Of a stretch of 64,000 nucleotides of DNA, positions 41,496 through 53,789 are shown piece by piece. The position numbers and the translations under genes were made by a program. Each line of letters opens with the position of its first letter. Positions within the stretch are counted from its first letter, which is position 1. Under the pieces are notes generated by a model, which saw only the letters and a list, made by a program, of their open reading frames with translations, did no database searches and was not told the origin of the DNA. This stretch comes from the human T2T-CHM13v2.0 reference genome, Homo sapiens, in assembly GCF_009914755.1 (NCBI RefSeq), contig NC_060927.1. One strand, written 5' to 3'.

Positions 41496-41787
41496 GGCCA
41501 GGCATGGTGGTCACACCTGTATTCCCAGCACTTTGGGAGGCCAAGGTGGGTGGATCACCTGAGGTCAGGAGTTTGAGACCAGCCTGGCCAACATGGTGAA
41601 ACCCCATCTCTACTAAAAATACAAAAATTAGCCAGGCATGGTGGTGCATGCCTGTAATCCTAGCTACTCGGGAGGCTGAGGCAGGAGAATCACTTGAACC
41701 CAGGAGGCAGAGGTTGCAGTGAGTCTAGATCGTGCCACAGCACTCCAGCCTGTGCGAGAGTGAGACTCTGTCTCAAAATTTAAAAAA
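41496..41787 (+). mobile_element. AluSx-like element followed by a degenerate GA-rich tract to about 41890
   Basis: GGCCAGGCATGGTGG, GGATCACCTGAGGTCAGGAG, A5TACA5 linker. Confidence 0.95.
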
Positions 41788-42483
41788 GACAGAGCAAGAC
41801 AGATATACAGACAAACAATTATAGAGAGATAAATAGAGAGAAACAGAGAGACAGACTGAGAAAAGAGACCAAGAGAGAAAGAGATTTGAGAAAGTCTGTG
41901 GCACAAACATTTGATTTGCCAAGGCAAAAAACAAACAAACAAAATCCCTCTGTGTGGATATTCTCATCATTCTAAACCTCATTAGGGTATTAAAATCTGA
42001 TCCTGTGGGCTTTAGAACTTTTCATTCCACTGTCTATTCCAAGTCAGATGGTTCTTTCATTTTGCAGAACAGTACCTGAGATAACTAACAAGTAAAAAAT
42101 AAATCTGACTCTGCTAGAGGATTAGAGATATCATATTATACAGTTAATAAAATGAGTTCACACCTGTTAAACACCATCATGACATTCCTATAGATTTATT
42201 TCCTAAGGTTTAAGTGAGTCTTGTATTATTTAATAATTCTTCAAAATCCTATAACTTCAGAATGCTCATCAACTTAAAAGATAGCAAAAATCGAAATAAC
42301 ATATAGAAAAGTGCAAACACTTTCTGATGTTTTCCCACTTTTTACCATCTTCTTACTACTAAGTCTTCATACACATTGTTTCCCTTTCCTTACTTAATAG
42401 TATTTATCAGCAATGCCTAGCCCCCTCCATTTCTCTCACTAGTTCTGTATGGCTTTTCTACATCCAGAGATGGGGTTCACTTC

Positions 42484-42969
42484 TGTAATAACCAGCCTCC
42501 AAGATGCCTTCCCCAGATTCACGTCTCTTGGTATTTACACCTTTATTAGTCTTCTCTCAGACTTGATCAAGAATGGTCATGACTGACAATGTATGACTTC
42601 CAAGTGGACTTCACAGGCCACTGCAGCTTCTGTTTTGTTCTCTTGTATTGCTTGCTGTGGGTATCTGTGCAACAGATACCATGTTGCAAGAAAACTCAAG
42701 AGAACCACATGAAGAAGATCTGAGCCATTGCCAACTTGGCAGCCATGTGAGCGATCCACCCTGAAAGCCAAACCTCCAGCCATAGTCCAGCCTTCAGATG
42801 ATTGTAGCCCTAGTCAACATCTAGCTGCATCCCACATTAAACCCAGAGCTAACAGTGTCCAGCCACACCATTCCTAAATTCCTAACCCGCCAAAATGGTG
42901 AAAGAGTACCTTTTCTTTTTTAAGTACTAAGATTTGTGATTTGTTATGCATTAATAGATAACTAATACA
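42484..42969 (+). mobile_element. MLT1F-like MaLR solo LTR
   Basis: TGT...CAGCCTCCAAGATG start, CAGCCATGTGAG, GCCTTCAGATGA, end TTTGTTATGCATTAATAGATAACTAATACA. Confidence 0.85.
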
Positions 42970-43749
42970 GCATTGTTTATGTGGCTCTGAGGATTGCCCC
43001 AGTGTGGGCTAGATGGCACCTCACTGTGATTCCATGGCCTCTACTTCTTTCAAACATCATTCTAACCATAGTAAACTTAGTCCTAGTTTACTGAATTTTC
43101 TTGTCTGTCTCACTCACTAGCTTCAAGATTTTTGAAAAATTATCTAACTCTCTTATTTGTGAAGGCCACATGTCACAGTAAAATTTAATTGTCCCAGATA
43201 GTATATATTATATATTGATGAGAATGAAATAATAATTTCAATCTTGCCGTATGTGATAAAGGAAGAAAGATGAGAAAGTATCATCTGATTCTCCTGTACC
43301 TTGATTCCCAAAAGCATAAAGCATTTGATTGAAGTTAGTAACCATGTTTTTCCTAGACATTTCCCCTGCAATATGTGGTGGTGAAAAAGCCCCGTCAGGG
43401 CACTAGTAGGTAAAATTTATAGATTAAACACACATATTTATCTTTTTTTACCAAAGCGATTACAAGACATACTGAGAGCAGACAGTGGACGAGAGATAGC
43501 AGCTAACTGTTGTAAGACACAAAATGGTCCAATGAGTATTGATGAATTAGTAGTTGGTGAAACTCTCTACCTGGATAACTGTTTTAAAACTTGCATGGAA
43601 GAATGTCCAATCCCTAGCTCCCCTTCAAATCCCATATAAGCAGGCCCAACACAGCTTCTTAAAGAGGGAGTCTGAAGAATGCAAAAGGGGGCTGAACTAC
43701 AAATTGTGGCTGCCTGAAATGAGGCAGGTAGGCTTATACCTCCACAGCT

Positions 43750-44400
43750 AAGGACATAGAAAAATGTCTCATTATTTGGGGAATCCCAAAGTTGATCCTC
43801 CCTCTCTTAACCATATATACATAGCTTCTGACTGGCAGTTTACACTAGGAAAGTCAGTGTAGGGTCAGGCACTGTTGCTGTTGCTGCATTTGTCATAGAT
43901 TTGCTTGCTCGACTTTTTGGCTAACTGAGATAGCAGCCAGATCCATGTTTCCTCCAGTTACCAACAACTTTTCTCCTTCAGTTTCTTCACTCCTGCTCCA
44001 GGTATGTGTTTAACACCATGGTGTATGTAACCTGAATCATTGAATTTGTACACTTTTAGGAAGTGAAAGCCTGATGTGAACTCCAGATTGTCCACGTGGA
44101 TTTTAGCACATCTTTGCAGGCTTCCAGTTTGTTCGTCCTCTCGCTCGCATCCTATCCATCTTCCCAGTGGAGTTATGGTATCTAGCTACTCACAGTTTAA
44201 CAAATTTCTGAGTATTTATTAATTGGTATTGCCTGCCCTGCCCAGTACCAGGGCAGAAGCCAATTGTGTAAGGTCAAATCCCTATAACAAATCCCCTATT
44301 CCTGAGATTTTATGGATGGTACAGACAAAGATATAGACATAGATGTAGACATAGATCCTAGTAGTTCTGCTTCTTTGATCAAGTCTTCCTTGTTAGTCTA
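43750..44400 (+). mobile_element. Possible MLT2-family (ERVL) LTR, diverged
   Basis: TGTGTAAGGTCAAATCCCTATAACAAATCCC, then a simple-repeat-like stretch and CTAGTAGTTCTGCTTCTTTGAT, as in MLT2 3' ends. Left boundary uncertain. Confidence 0.5.
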
Positions 44401-46821
44401 TGTAAGAAGGATATTAATCAAAGATTCTAATCCTGAACAGTTGAGGTCAAGTTTTGCAAGGAAATTTAGCAAATTGAGACATCTCTAATTTTCCAAATGT
44501 TATGAGGTAAAATTCACATTAATTCATCTCAACAGTGTTCATTACAATAAATTTGTTAGCAAAGGCTGACAGTTATAAACACATAACTTCTGCAGTAGTT
44601 TTTTTAACTTAAATTAATTTGTTGGTAATATTATCATGAATGCCATTAACAAATTCAGGATGATGAGTGTTCTAGATTCTATAAAGCCCACATCAGGCAG
44701 TCACTGCCTAGAGAAGATAAATCAGATACTTGATTGGTGAGAGATGTTCATATCTCTGCAATGTCTTAGATGGGTTATGCCAAATCTGCCCTGTAATTCA
44801 CTCTGGGAAGTAAGGATAGGCCTAGATGTGGTAAACACAAATGCCCTTTATTTTTCTTTTTTTGACTAAGTTAATTTGTTTTAAACAAACTAACAAAAAA
44901 TCTATACTATTGGCCCCCAAGCATAGGTCGTAGAAGGATTGTGGCACATCTTGGATAAACCACTGTCCTGAGGCTCTGTCACCTGGGCACCTATGTCTAC
45001 TCCAGCAATCACACAGCTCAGCAAGATAGAGCTGGATAACCTAGTCATGTTCAAGGAGGATGATATTTTGCTTTGTGAATCAGACTTATAAATTCTGGTT
45101 TAAATGGAGTCAAATAAATACAATTAGGGCCTCTTGACTTTGAGATGTATTCTATTTAGATCATGCTTTTCTATATAAATTTTATTACTCTCCACTCCTT
45201 TTCCTGCAAAGGACTTAGCATGTCTAGCAGAGGGCTTTGGGATAACTAGGTGGTGTTTAATCTGAAAATATCACTGAGTATATAAATATTTCAGAAAGCA
45301 TTTGTATGCTATGATACTGCATACCCTAAGTTTTAGACCCAGCTAATGTAATGGGCTAGTGTAACTGCATAGTTTTATTTGTTTTTACTACTTTGGCATG
45401 GGCCTAAAAAGATAATGTCTTAATTACTTCAAAACAGTTTGCTGCTATTTGAGTATTCAGTGGAATTTCTATGAGTACTTAAGATGCTATCTCTGGGTGA
45501 AATAAACGATTATAATGGAAGAGTTTTTGATTTTTATGACCTCCAAGCCAGTATCTTTTGGCTAATTTGGATATGGGTACAGCATACTATGTTATTTGTG
45601 GCTTCAAACATTGGCCAATTACCATTTTGTCTGTTGGCATGAACTTAATATATAAGAATGCTGGACAGGAGCTGCACCGAGGTGTTCTAATGAGGCTAAC
45701 CAACACATTCTCTGTGACTGCTGAGGAAGATGGATTGTCGAATAAGCTACCCAGTGCTCTGACAAGCTAGCTTGGTGTGATAATCCCGTTTAAGATCTTG
45801 TTACATTATTCATTTCTTTTCTGTTGCACTAATCTTTGCAGCATATTTCTGTTTTGTTACTGCCTGCATTTTCGGAGCTACAGAGATTATTGTTTTATGA
45901 TAAAGATAAAGCTTTCCATTAATTTCTTCATGCTTTGCAGGGAGAACAAGGCAAATCAAAGATCTATAGTAGTTTGCTTTTCACAGATTGCTTGTTATAC
46001 CCGGTAAGTTGCACTGGCTATTGGGGAATTAACTGTACATGAGTAGAGATCACAGCAGGTTCAGACTGGGTCATGTCAAGTAGTCATGGTAAATGAGAAC
46101 AAATGAAAAGGCTCCTGAGCACAGACCTTTTCACCAGGTTTTACCGTGTTAATATGTTTACTTATGAGGAACTGGACACATGGATGTATAAACATGCACA
46201 CTGCTGCTTTATAGGCACCCAAATTCCACTACCTCTCAATATCAGCATCATTGCAAGAAAAGCAAGTGTTAGCACAGAGATGCAGTTAAGGAATCACAGA
46301 ACAAGAGCTGAAAAGTTTATCAAGAAGTTATCAGAATAAGCCCAAAATAATATAAAATTATAGTAACAAAATTATTAAAGGAATTAAAATGTTACACTAG
46401 AACTAATTCACTTAGTACAAAAAAAGCAATGAAGGAGACATAGAGGAACAAAAAGGATATTTTTTTTTTCAAAAAAGTTAAATGACAGACATAAATAAAA
46501 TTACATCAATAATAGTATTAAATGTTGTTGGACTGAATAACCCAAAAGTCAAGGATTGTCAGACTGGATTAAAAAACATCCAAATACATGATGTCTAAAG
46601 TAAATACACTTAAGATTAATAGATACAAATAGATTGACAGTAAAAAAATGGAAAAGATATATAATGCAAATAGAAGCCACAAAAAAGCAGGAGAGGCTAT
46701 GCTAATGTCAGACAAGATAGACTTTAAAATTTTAAACAATTATTGCTAGAGATAAAAAGGAACATTTTATAATGATAAAATAGTCAATCCATTAGGCAGC
46801 TATAACAATTTTAAATATATA

Positions 46822-49219
46822 CAGACATATTTCAATTGATTAAATTTTGCAGATATTGCTTTTTTTCTTTTCTTTTTTTTTTTAATACAAATTGAAGACC
46901 TGTGGCAACCCTGCAAAGAACAGGTCTATCAGTACCATTTTCCCAACAGTATGTGCTCATTTTTTATCTCTATCATATTTTGGTAATTCTCACAATATTT
47001 CAAGTCTTTTCTTTATTATTATGTCTGTTATGGTGATTTATGATCAGTGATCATTGTTACTATTGCAATTGTCTAGGGGCTCCACAAACAGTGCTCATAT
47101 AAGATGTTGAAAGTAATTGATAAATCGTATTCTGACTGCGACACCAGCCAGCCATTCTCTGTCTCTCTTCCTCTCCTCAGGCATCCCTATTCATTGAGAC
47201 ATAATATTGAAATCAGGCCAATAGATAATCATACGAGGCTCCTAAGTGTTCAAGTGAAAGGAAAACTTGACATCTATCAATTTAAATCAAAAGTTAGAAA
47301 TGGCTTAGCTTAGTGAAAAAGATAGTCAAAAACCAAGGTAGGCCAAAAGCTAGGCCTCTTGTGTCAGAGAGTTTGCTAAGTTGTAAATGCAAAGGAAAAA
47401 TTACTGAAGAAAATTAAAAGTGCTACTCCAGTGAACACATGAATAATATGAAAGCAAACAGCTTAATTGCTGATATGGAGAAAGTTTTAGTGGTCTGGAT
47501 AGGTGATCAACCAGCCACAACATTCCCTTAAGCCAAAAGCCTAATATAGAGGCACTCTGTTAAATTCTATAAGGGCTGAGAGAGGTGAGGAAGCAGCAGA
47601 AGAAAAGTTTCAAACTAACAGATGTTGGTTTATGAGGTTTAAGGAAAGAAGTTGTCTTCATAACATAAAAGTGCAAGGTGAAACAGCCAAGCGCTGATGT
47701 AGAAGCTACAGCATATTATCCAGAAGACCTAGCTGAGATAATTTATGAGTGTGGCTATTCTGAACAACAGATTTTCCAATGTAAAGCCTTCTATTGGAAG
47801 AAGATGCCATCTAGATCATTCATAGCTCAATAGAAGAATGCTTGGCTTTAAAGCTTCAAAGGACAGTCTGACTCCCTTGTTAGGGGTTAATGCAGTTGGT
47901 GATTATAAGTTGAAGCCAATGCTCATTTACCATTCTGAAAATCCTAGGACCCTTAAGAATTATGCTAAGTCTACTCTGGTTGTGCTTTATAAATGGAACA
48001 ACAAAGCCTAGATGACAGTACATCTATTTACAGCATGGTTTATTGGATATTTTAAGCCCACTATTGAGACCTATTGCTCAGAAAAAAAGATTCCTTTCAA
48101 AATGTTACTGCTTATTGACAATGCACCTGCTCACCCAAGAGGTCTGATGGAGATGTGCGAGGAGGTTAACACTGTTTTCAGGTCTGCTAACACATCTATT
48201 CTGCAGCCCATGGATCAAGAAATTTTAACTTTCAAGTCTTATTTAAGAAATACGGCTGTAGCTGCCATAGATACTGATTCCTCTGATGTATTTGGGTAAG
48301 TAAATTGAAAACCTTTGAAAGAATTCACCATTCTAGATACACTTAAGAACTTTCCTAATTCATGAAGGGAGGTCAAAATATCAACATTAACTGGAGTTTG
48401 AAAGAAGTTGATTCCAACTTTCATGAATAACTTTGAGGGGTTCAAGACTTCAGTGAAGACAGTAACTAAACATTTGGTGGAAGTAGCAAGAGAATTAGAA
48501 TTGGAAGTAGAGCCCCAAGATGTGACTGATTTGCTGAAACCTTATAATAAAATTTTACTGAATAAGCAGTTGCTTTTTATAAAGGAGGAAAAAGGGAGCT
48601 TCATGAAATGGAATCCACTCCTAATGAAGTTGCTATGAATATTGTTGAAATGACAACAAAGAATTGAGAATATTACATAAACATAGTTGATAAAGCAGTG
48701 GCTGGGTTTTATAAGATTGACTCCAATTTTGAAAGAAGTTAAAATGCTTTTAAATAGCATCACATGCTTCAGATAAATCTTTCATGAAAAGAAAAGTCAA
48801 AAAATTTGGCAAACTTCATTGTGTCATCTTATTTTAAGAAATTACCACAGCCACCCCAACTTTCAGTAAGTATCACTCTGTTTAATTAGCAGCCATCGAG
48901 ACTGAGGCAAGACATCCTGCTAACAAAAAGAGTTTGGTTTGCTGGAGGCTCAGATGATTGTTAGCATTGTTTAGCAGTAAAGTATTTTAAATTATGATAT
49001 GAACATTGTTTTTTAGGCATACTTAATACTACACACTTAATAGTCTATTGCACACTTAATAGTCTATTGCACACTTAATAGACTACAGTATAGTGTAAAC
49101 ATGACTTTTATACTTTAATTCTTGTGAAACAGAAAAGTTTATGTGACTGGCTTTATTGCAATATTTGCTTTATTGCAGTGGTCTGGAACTAAATCCACAA
49201 CATCACAAAGGTATGCTTG
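46822..49219 (+). mobile_element. Tigger1 DNA transposon, near full length, decayed
   Basis: TA|CAGACATATTTC ... AAGGTATGCTTG|TA termini with TA TSD (46820-46821, 49220-49221). About 2.4 kb. Confidence 0.95.
47235..48640 (+). pseudogene. Disrupted Tigger1 transposase (CENP-B/pogo HTH plus DDE domain)
   Basis: ORF fragments [42 protein letters not shown]...ILQPMDQ and FMNNFEGFKTSV...ELELEVEPQDVTDLL. Multiple stops and frameshifts. Confidence 0.9.
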
Positions 49220-51549
49220 TACGCAGAGAGCCCCAAAATACATGAAGCAAAATGGACATAATTGACAGAAAAATAGACAATTCAACCGAAATGATTGGAC
49301 ACTTAAACAGCCACTTTCAGTAGTGGATAGAGCAACAAGACAGAAAATTAACGGATAATATTAGACTTCAAAAACAGTATAAACCAACGGGACCTGACAG
49401 ACATTTTATAGAGCACTCCACCCAACAATGGTAGAATACACAGTTGTCTTGAGTTCACATTTAACTGTCTCTAGAATACAGCATGTGCTAGGCCACAAAA
49501 CGAGCCTCAATAAATTTTAAAATATTTAAAATATGAAAAATATCTTCTCTGACTATGATGGAATGAAATAAAAATCAACAACAGGAAAAATTGGGAAAAT
49601 TCACCAGTGGAAATAAAATACTACTTTCTAAGTCACAGATTATGTAAGAAAGATATCACAACAGAGATTAGAAAATACATTGGGATGAATGAAAGTAAAG
49701 AAACACCAAAACAAAATGTATGAGATGTAGCTAAAGCACTGCTTAGAGTATAGTTCTAAATGCCTGTATTAAAGAAGTTAAAAGATCACAAATAACCTAA
49801 CCTTCTACCTTAATATATAGGAAAAAAGAAAATTAAGATACTTCTAGAGCAAAAAGAAAAAAAGAACCACTAAAGATTAGAGTGATATTAATAAAATAAA
49901 CATTTTAAAAAGCAATAGAAAAAAATTGTTTCTTTGGAAATGTTAACATAAGAAAACATTTAGCTAGACTGCTGAGAAAAAGAGGAGAATTAGGAAGTAA
50001 AGAAGGAAGATTAATATTGACCTTACAGAAAGAGAAAGATCATAAGTAAAGAAATGTAACTCTATGCCAAAAAATTAGATAGCTTGGACAAAATACACAA
50101 ATTCCTAGAAAGACACAAACTTTGAAGAATTAATACCAAGCCTTCACAAACTCAAAAATTAAAAGCAAGAAAAAACACTTCCAAGCTCATGCTATGAGCT
50201 ATGAAGCCAGTATTACCTTGATACCAAAACTAAATAAAGACATCATACAAAGAAAGGAACTACAGACTAATATTTCTTATAAATACAGATGTAAAACTCC
50301 TCAAAAATACCAACAAACCAAATATAGCAACATATAAAACAGTTATACACTATGACCAATTGTGATTAATTCCACCAGTGAAAGGTGGGTTTAACATCTG
50401 AAATTAATTAATTAATGCAATATACCATATCAACCCTTATGGATTGCTGATAGGAATGTAAAATAGTGCTTTGGAAAACATACTGTTTCTTTCAGTATAT
50501 GTTCATGAAATATTTTTCTACTTATTTGTTTCTTCTTCAATTTCTTTTATCAATGTTTTATAATTTTCAGTGTACAAGTCTTTCATACTCTTGGTTAAAT
50601 TGATATCTTAACATTTTAATCTTTTGCAGCTACTATAATTGGGATTGTTTTATTGACGTCTTTCTTGGATAGTTTCTTGTTAGTGTATAGAAATACTACT
50701 GACTTTTATGTGTTAATTTTGTATACTGCAATATTACTGTATTTGTTTATTAGTTCTAACAGATTTTCAGTGGAATTCTTAGAATTCTCTTTATATAAGA
50801 TCATGTCATCAGCAAGTAGTGACAACTTCACTTCTTTTATATTTGGATGCCATTTATTTCTATCTCTTTCATAACTGCTCTGGTAAGAGCTTCTAATATT
50901 ATGTTGAACAGAACTAGTGAGAGTGGCCATCCCTGTCTTGTTCCAGATCTTAGATTAAAAGCTTTTAATGTTTCACCATTGAGTATAACGTTAGCTTGGG
51001 ACTTCTCATGTATGGCCTTCATGGTATTGATGTACTTTCCTTCTATACCTAATTTGGTGAGAGTTTTTATCATGAAGGTAGGTTGGATAATGTCAAAGGC
51101 CTTTTCTGTATCTAATAAGATGATTATATAATTTTTTTCCTTAATTCTGCTAATATGAGGTATTATATTTACTTATTTGCATATATTGAATCATCCTTGA
51201 ATTCCATTAAGTGGAATAAATCCCACTTAATTGTGGTGGATGATCCTTTTAAATGTATTACTGAATTTAGTTTGCTAATATGTTGTTGAGGATTTTTTGC
51301 ATCTGTGTTCATGAAGGTGATTGGCCTGTGTTTTTCTTTTCTTGTAATATTATTGTCTGGCTTTGGTATCAGAGTAATGCTGGCCCCAGTTTGGAAGTAT
51401 CTATTCATTGTTGAAAGTGGTATACTGAATTCTGCTACTGTTATTGTGATATATCTTTCCCTTTAGATTTCTCAATATTTATTTTATATGTTTAAGTGCT
51501 CCAATATTGAGTGCATATATATTTACAATTGTGATTTCCTCCTGAGGGA

Positions 51550-51853
<304 letters not shown>

Positions 51854-51895
51854 AGTTTCCATTTCTTTACTTTTAGTTTTAAAAGTGAGGTGACT

Positions 51896-52246
<351 letters not shown>

Positions 52247-53789
52247 TCAACTCAGCCACTCTGTCTTTTTATGGGAGAATTTAGTCTATTTAAATTACAG
52301 GTAATTATTGATAGATAAGGACTTACTACTTCCATTGTGTTAACTGTTTCCTTGTTGTTTTGTAAATATTTTGTCTCTCTCTTCCTCTGTCATTGTTTTC
52401 CTTTGTGGTTCTATGGTTTTCTATGATGGTATGCTTTGAATCCATTGTATTTTTGTTTTGTGATTCTACTAAAGACTTTTGTTTTGTGATTATCTTGAGG
52501 CTTTCATAGAACATCTTATACATATAACAGCCTATTTCAAGCCGATGGCTACTTAACTTTGTGTAAACAACTTTACACTTTTAATTCTTCCTCCACATTT
52601 TTTATTTTTGATGTCAGAATTTACATTATTTTGTAATGTGTATACCTTGACAATTTATATGACCTATGCTTTTAATTAATAGTTTTGTTTTTTAACACTC
52701 ATACTAGAATAAAATTGCTTTGCAGAACATCACCATGGTCCTAGAATATTTTGAATATAGCTGTTTCATGTATGCCATTGAGTTTTGAGCTTTTATGAGT
52801 TTCATATTATTAATTAGGAGTCTTTTGTTTCAGCTCAATGAACGCCTTTTAGCAATTCTTGAGTGATGATAAATTCCCTTTATTTTTGTTGTCTGGGAAG
52901 TCTTTTGTTCCTCCCCTCATTTCTAAAACACAGCTTTACTTGGTAAAGCATTCTTTATTGGCAGAGTTTTCTTTTTCCCTTAGCAGTTTAAATATATCAT
53001 CCCACTCTCTCCAGGCCTGCGGAATTCTGCTGAGAAATCAGCTAATAATTGTATTTGTACTCTTTTGTTTGTGGTGTGTGTCACATTGCCTGCTACTCTT
53101 GGATTTTTTTTGTCTTTGATCTTTTACAGTTTGACTATTATGTGTTTTGGTGAACTATCTTTGGGTTGCATTTAATTGGAGATTTCTACACCTCTAGTGC
53201 CTGAGTGTTAGCATCTAATCCCAGATTAGGAAAGTTTTCAACCATTATATTTTTTAAAAAATACCTTCTTATTCTTTTTTTTTTTCTTTTTCTTTCCTTC
53301 TGTAACTCCATTATATGACTGTTTGGTCTCTGATGGTTTCCAACAATAACTATAAGATTTATTTATTATTATTTGTCATTTTTTGTCTTATGGCAACTTT
53401 GGATAATTTCATACATTCTGTCTTCCAGCTCACTTATTCTTTCTTCTGCTTGAACAAATTTGTTGTTATTCTGCTGATTTTTTCAGTTCAGTCACTGTAT
53501 CCTTCATCTCCAGAAGTTTTTCATTCTTTTTTATTGTTTCTATTTATAAAACTTCTCACTTTGTTCAAGTATTATTTTCCGAATTCCATTTAATTTTATT
53601 TTTGTATATTCTTATCATTCACTGAATTTCTTTAAGACCATTATTCTCAATTCTTTATAGCCATTTTAAAGATCTCCATTTTTAGGGTCCGTTTTCAGAG
53701 CCTTACTATTTTCTTTAAGAGGTATCATGATTCCTTGATTCCTTATACTCACTGGGTCCTTGTATAGTTAATGGTATATTTGAGGAGGG

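Larger units (their letters stand above)
46334..50490 (+). mobile_element. Old L1 (L1M4/L1MB-type) inter-ORF region and ORF2 N-terminal half, interrupted by Tigger1
   Basis: Endonuclease-domain sequence reads through the Tigger1 insertion (ATAACAATTTTAAATATATA | CGCAGAGAGCCCCAAAATACATGAAGC). Later GAAGCCAGTATTACCTTGATACCAAAAC (EASITLIPK). Confidence 0.85.

Noticed and set aside
48012-48638. Possible domesticated TIGD1-like gene
   Set aside because: The transposase frame is broken by many stops and frameshifts and sits inside a TIR/TA-bounded Tigger1 copy.
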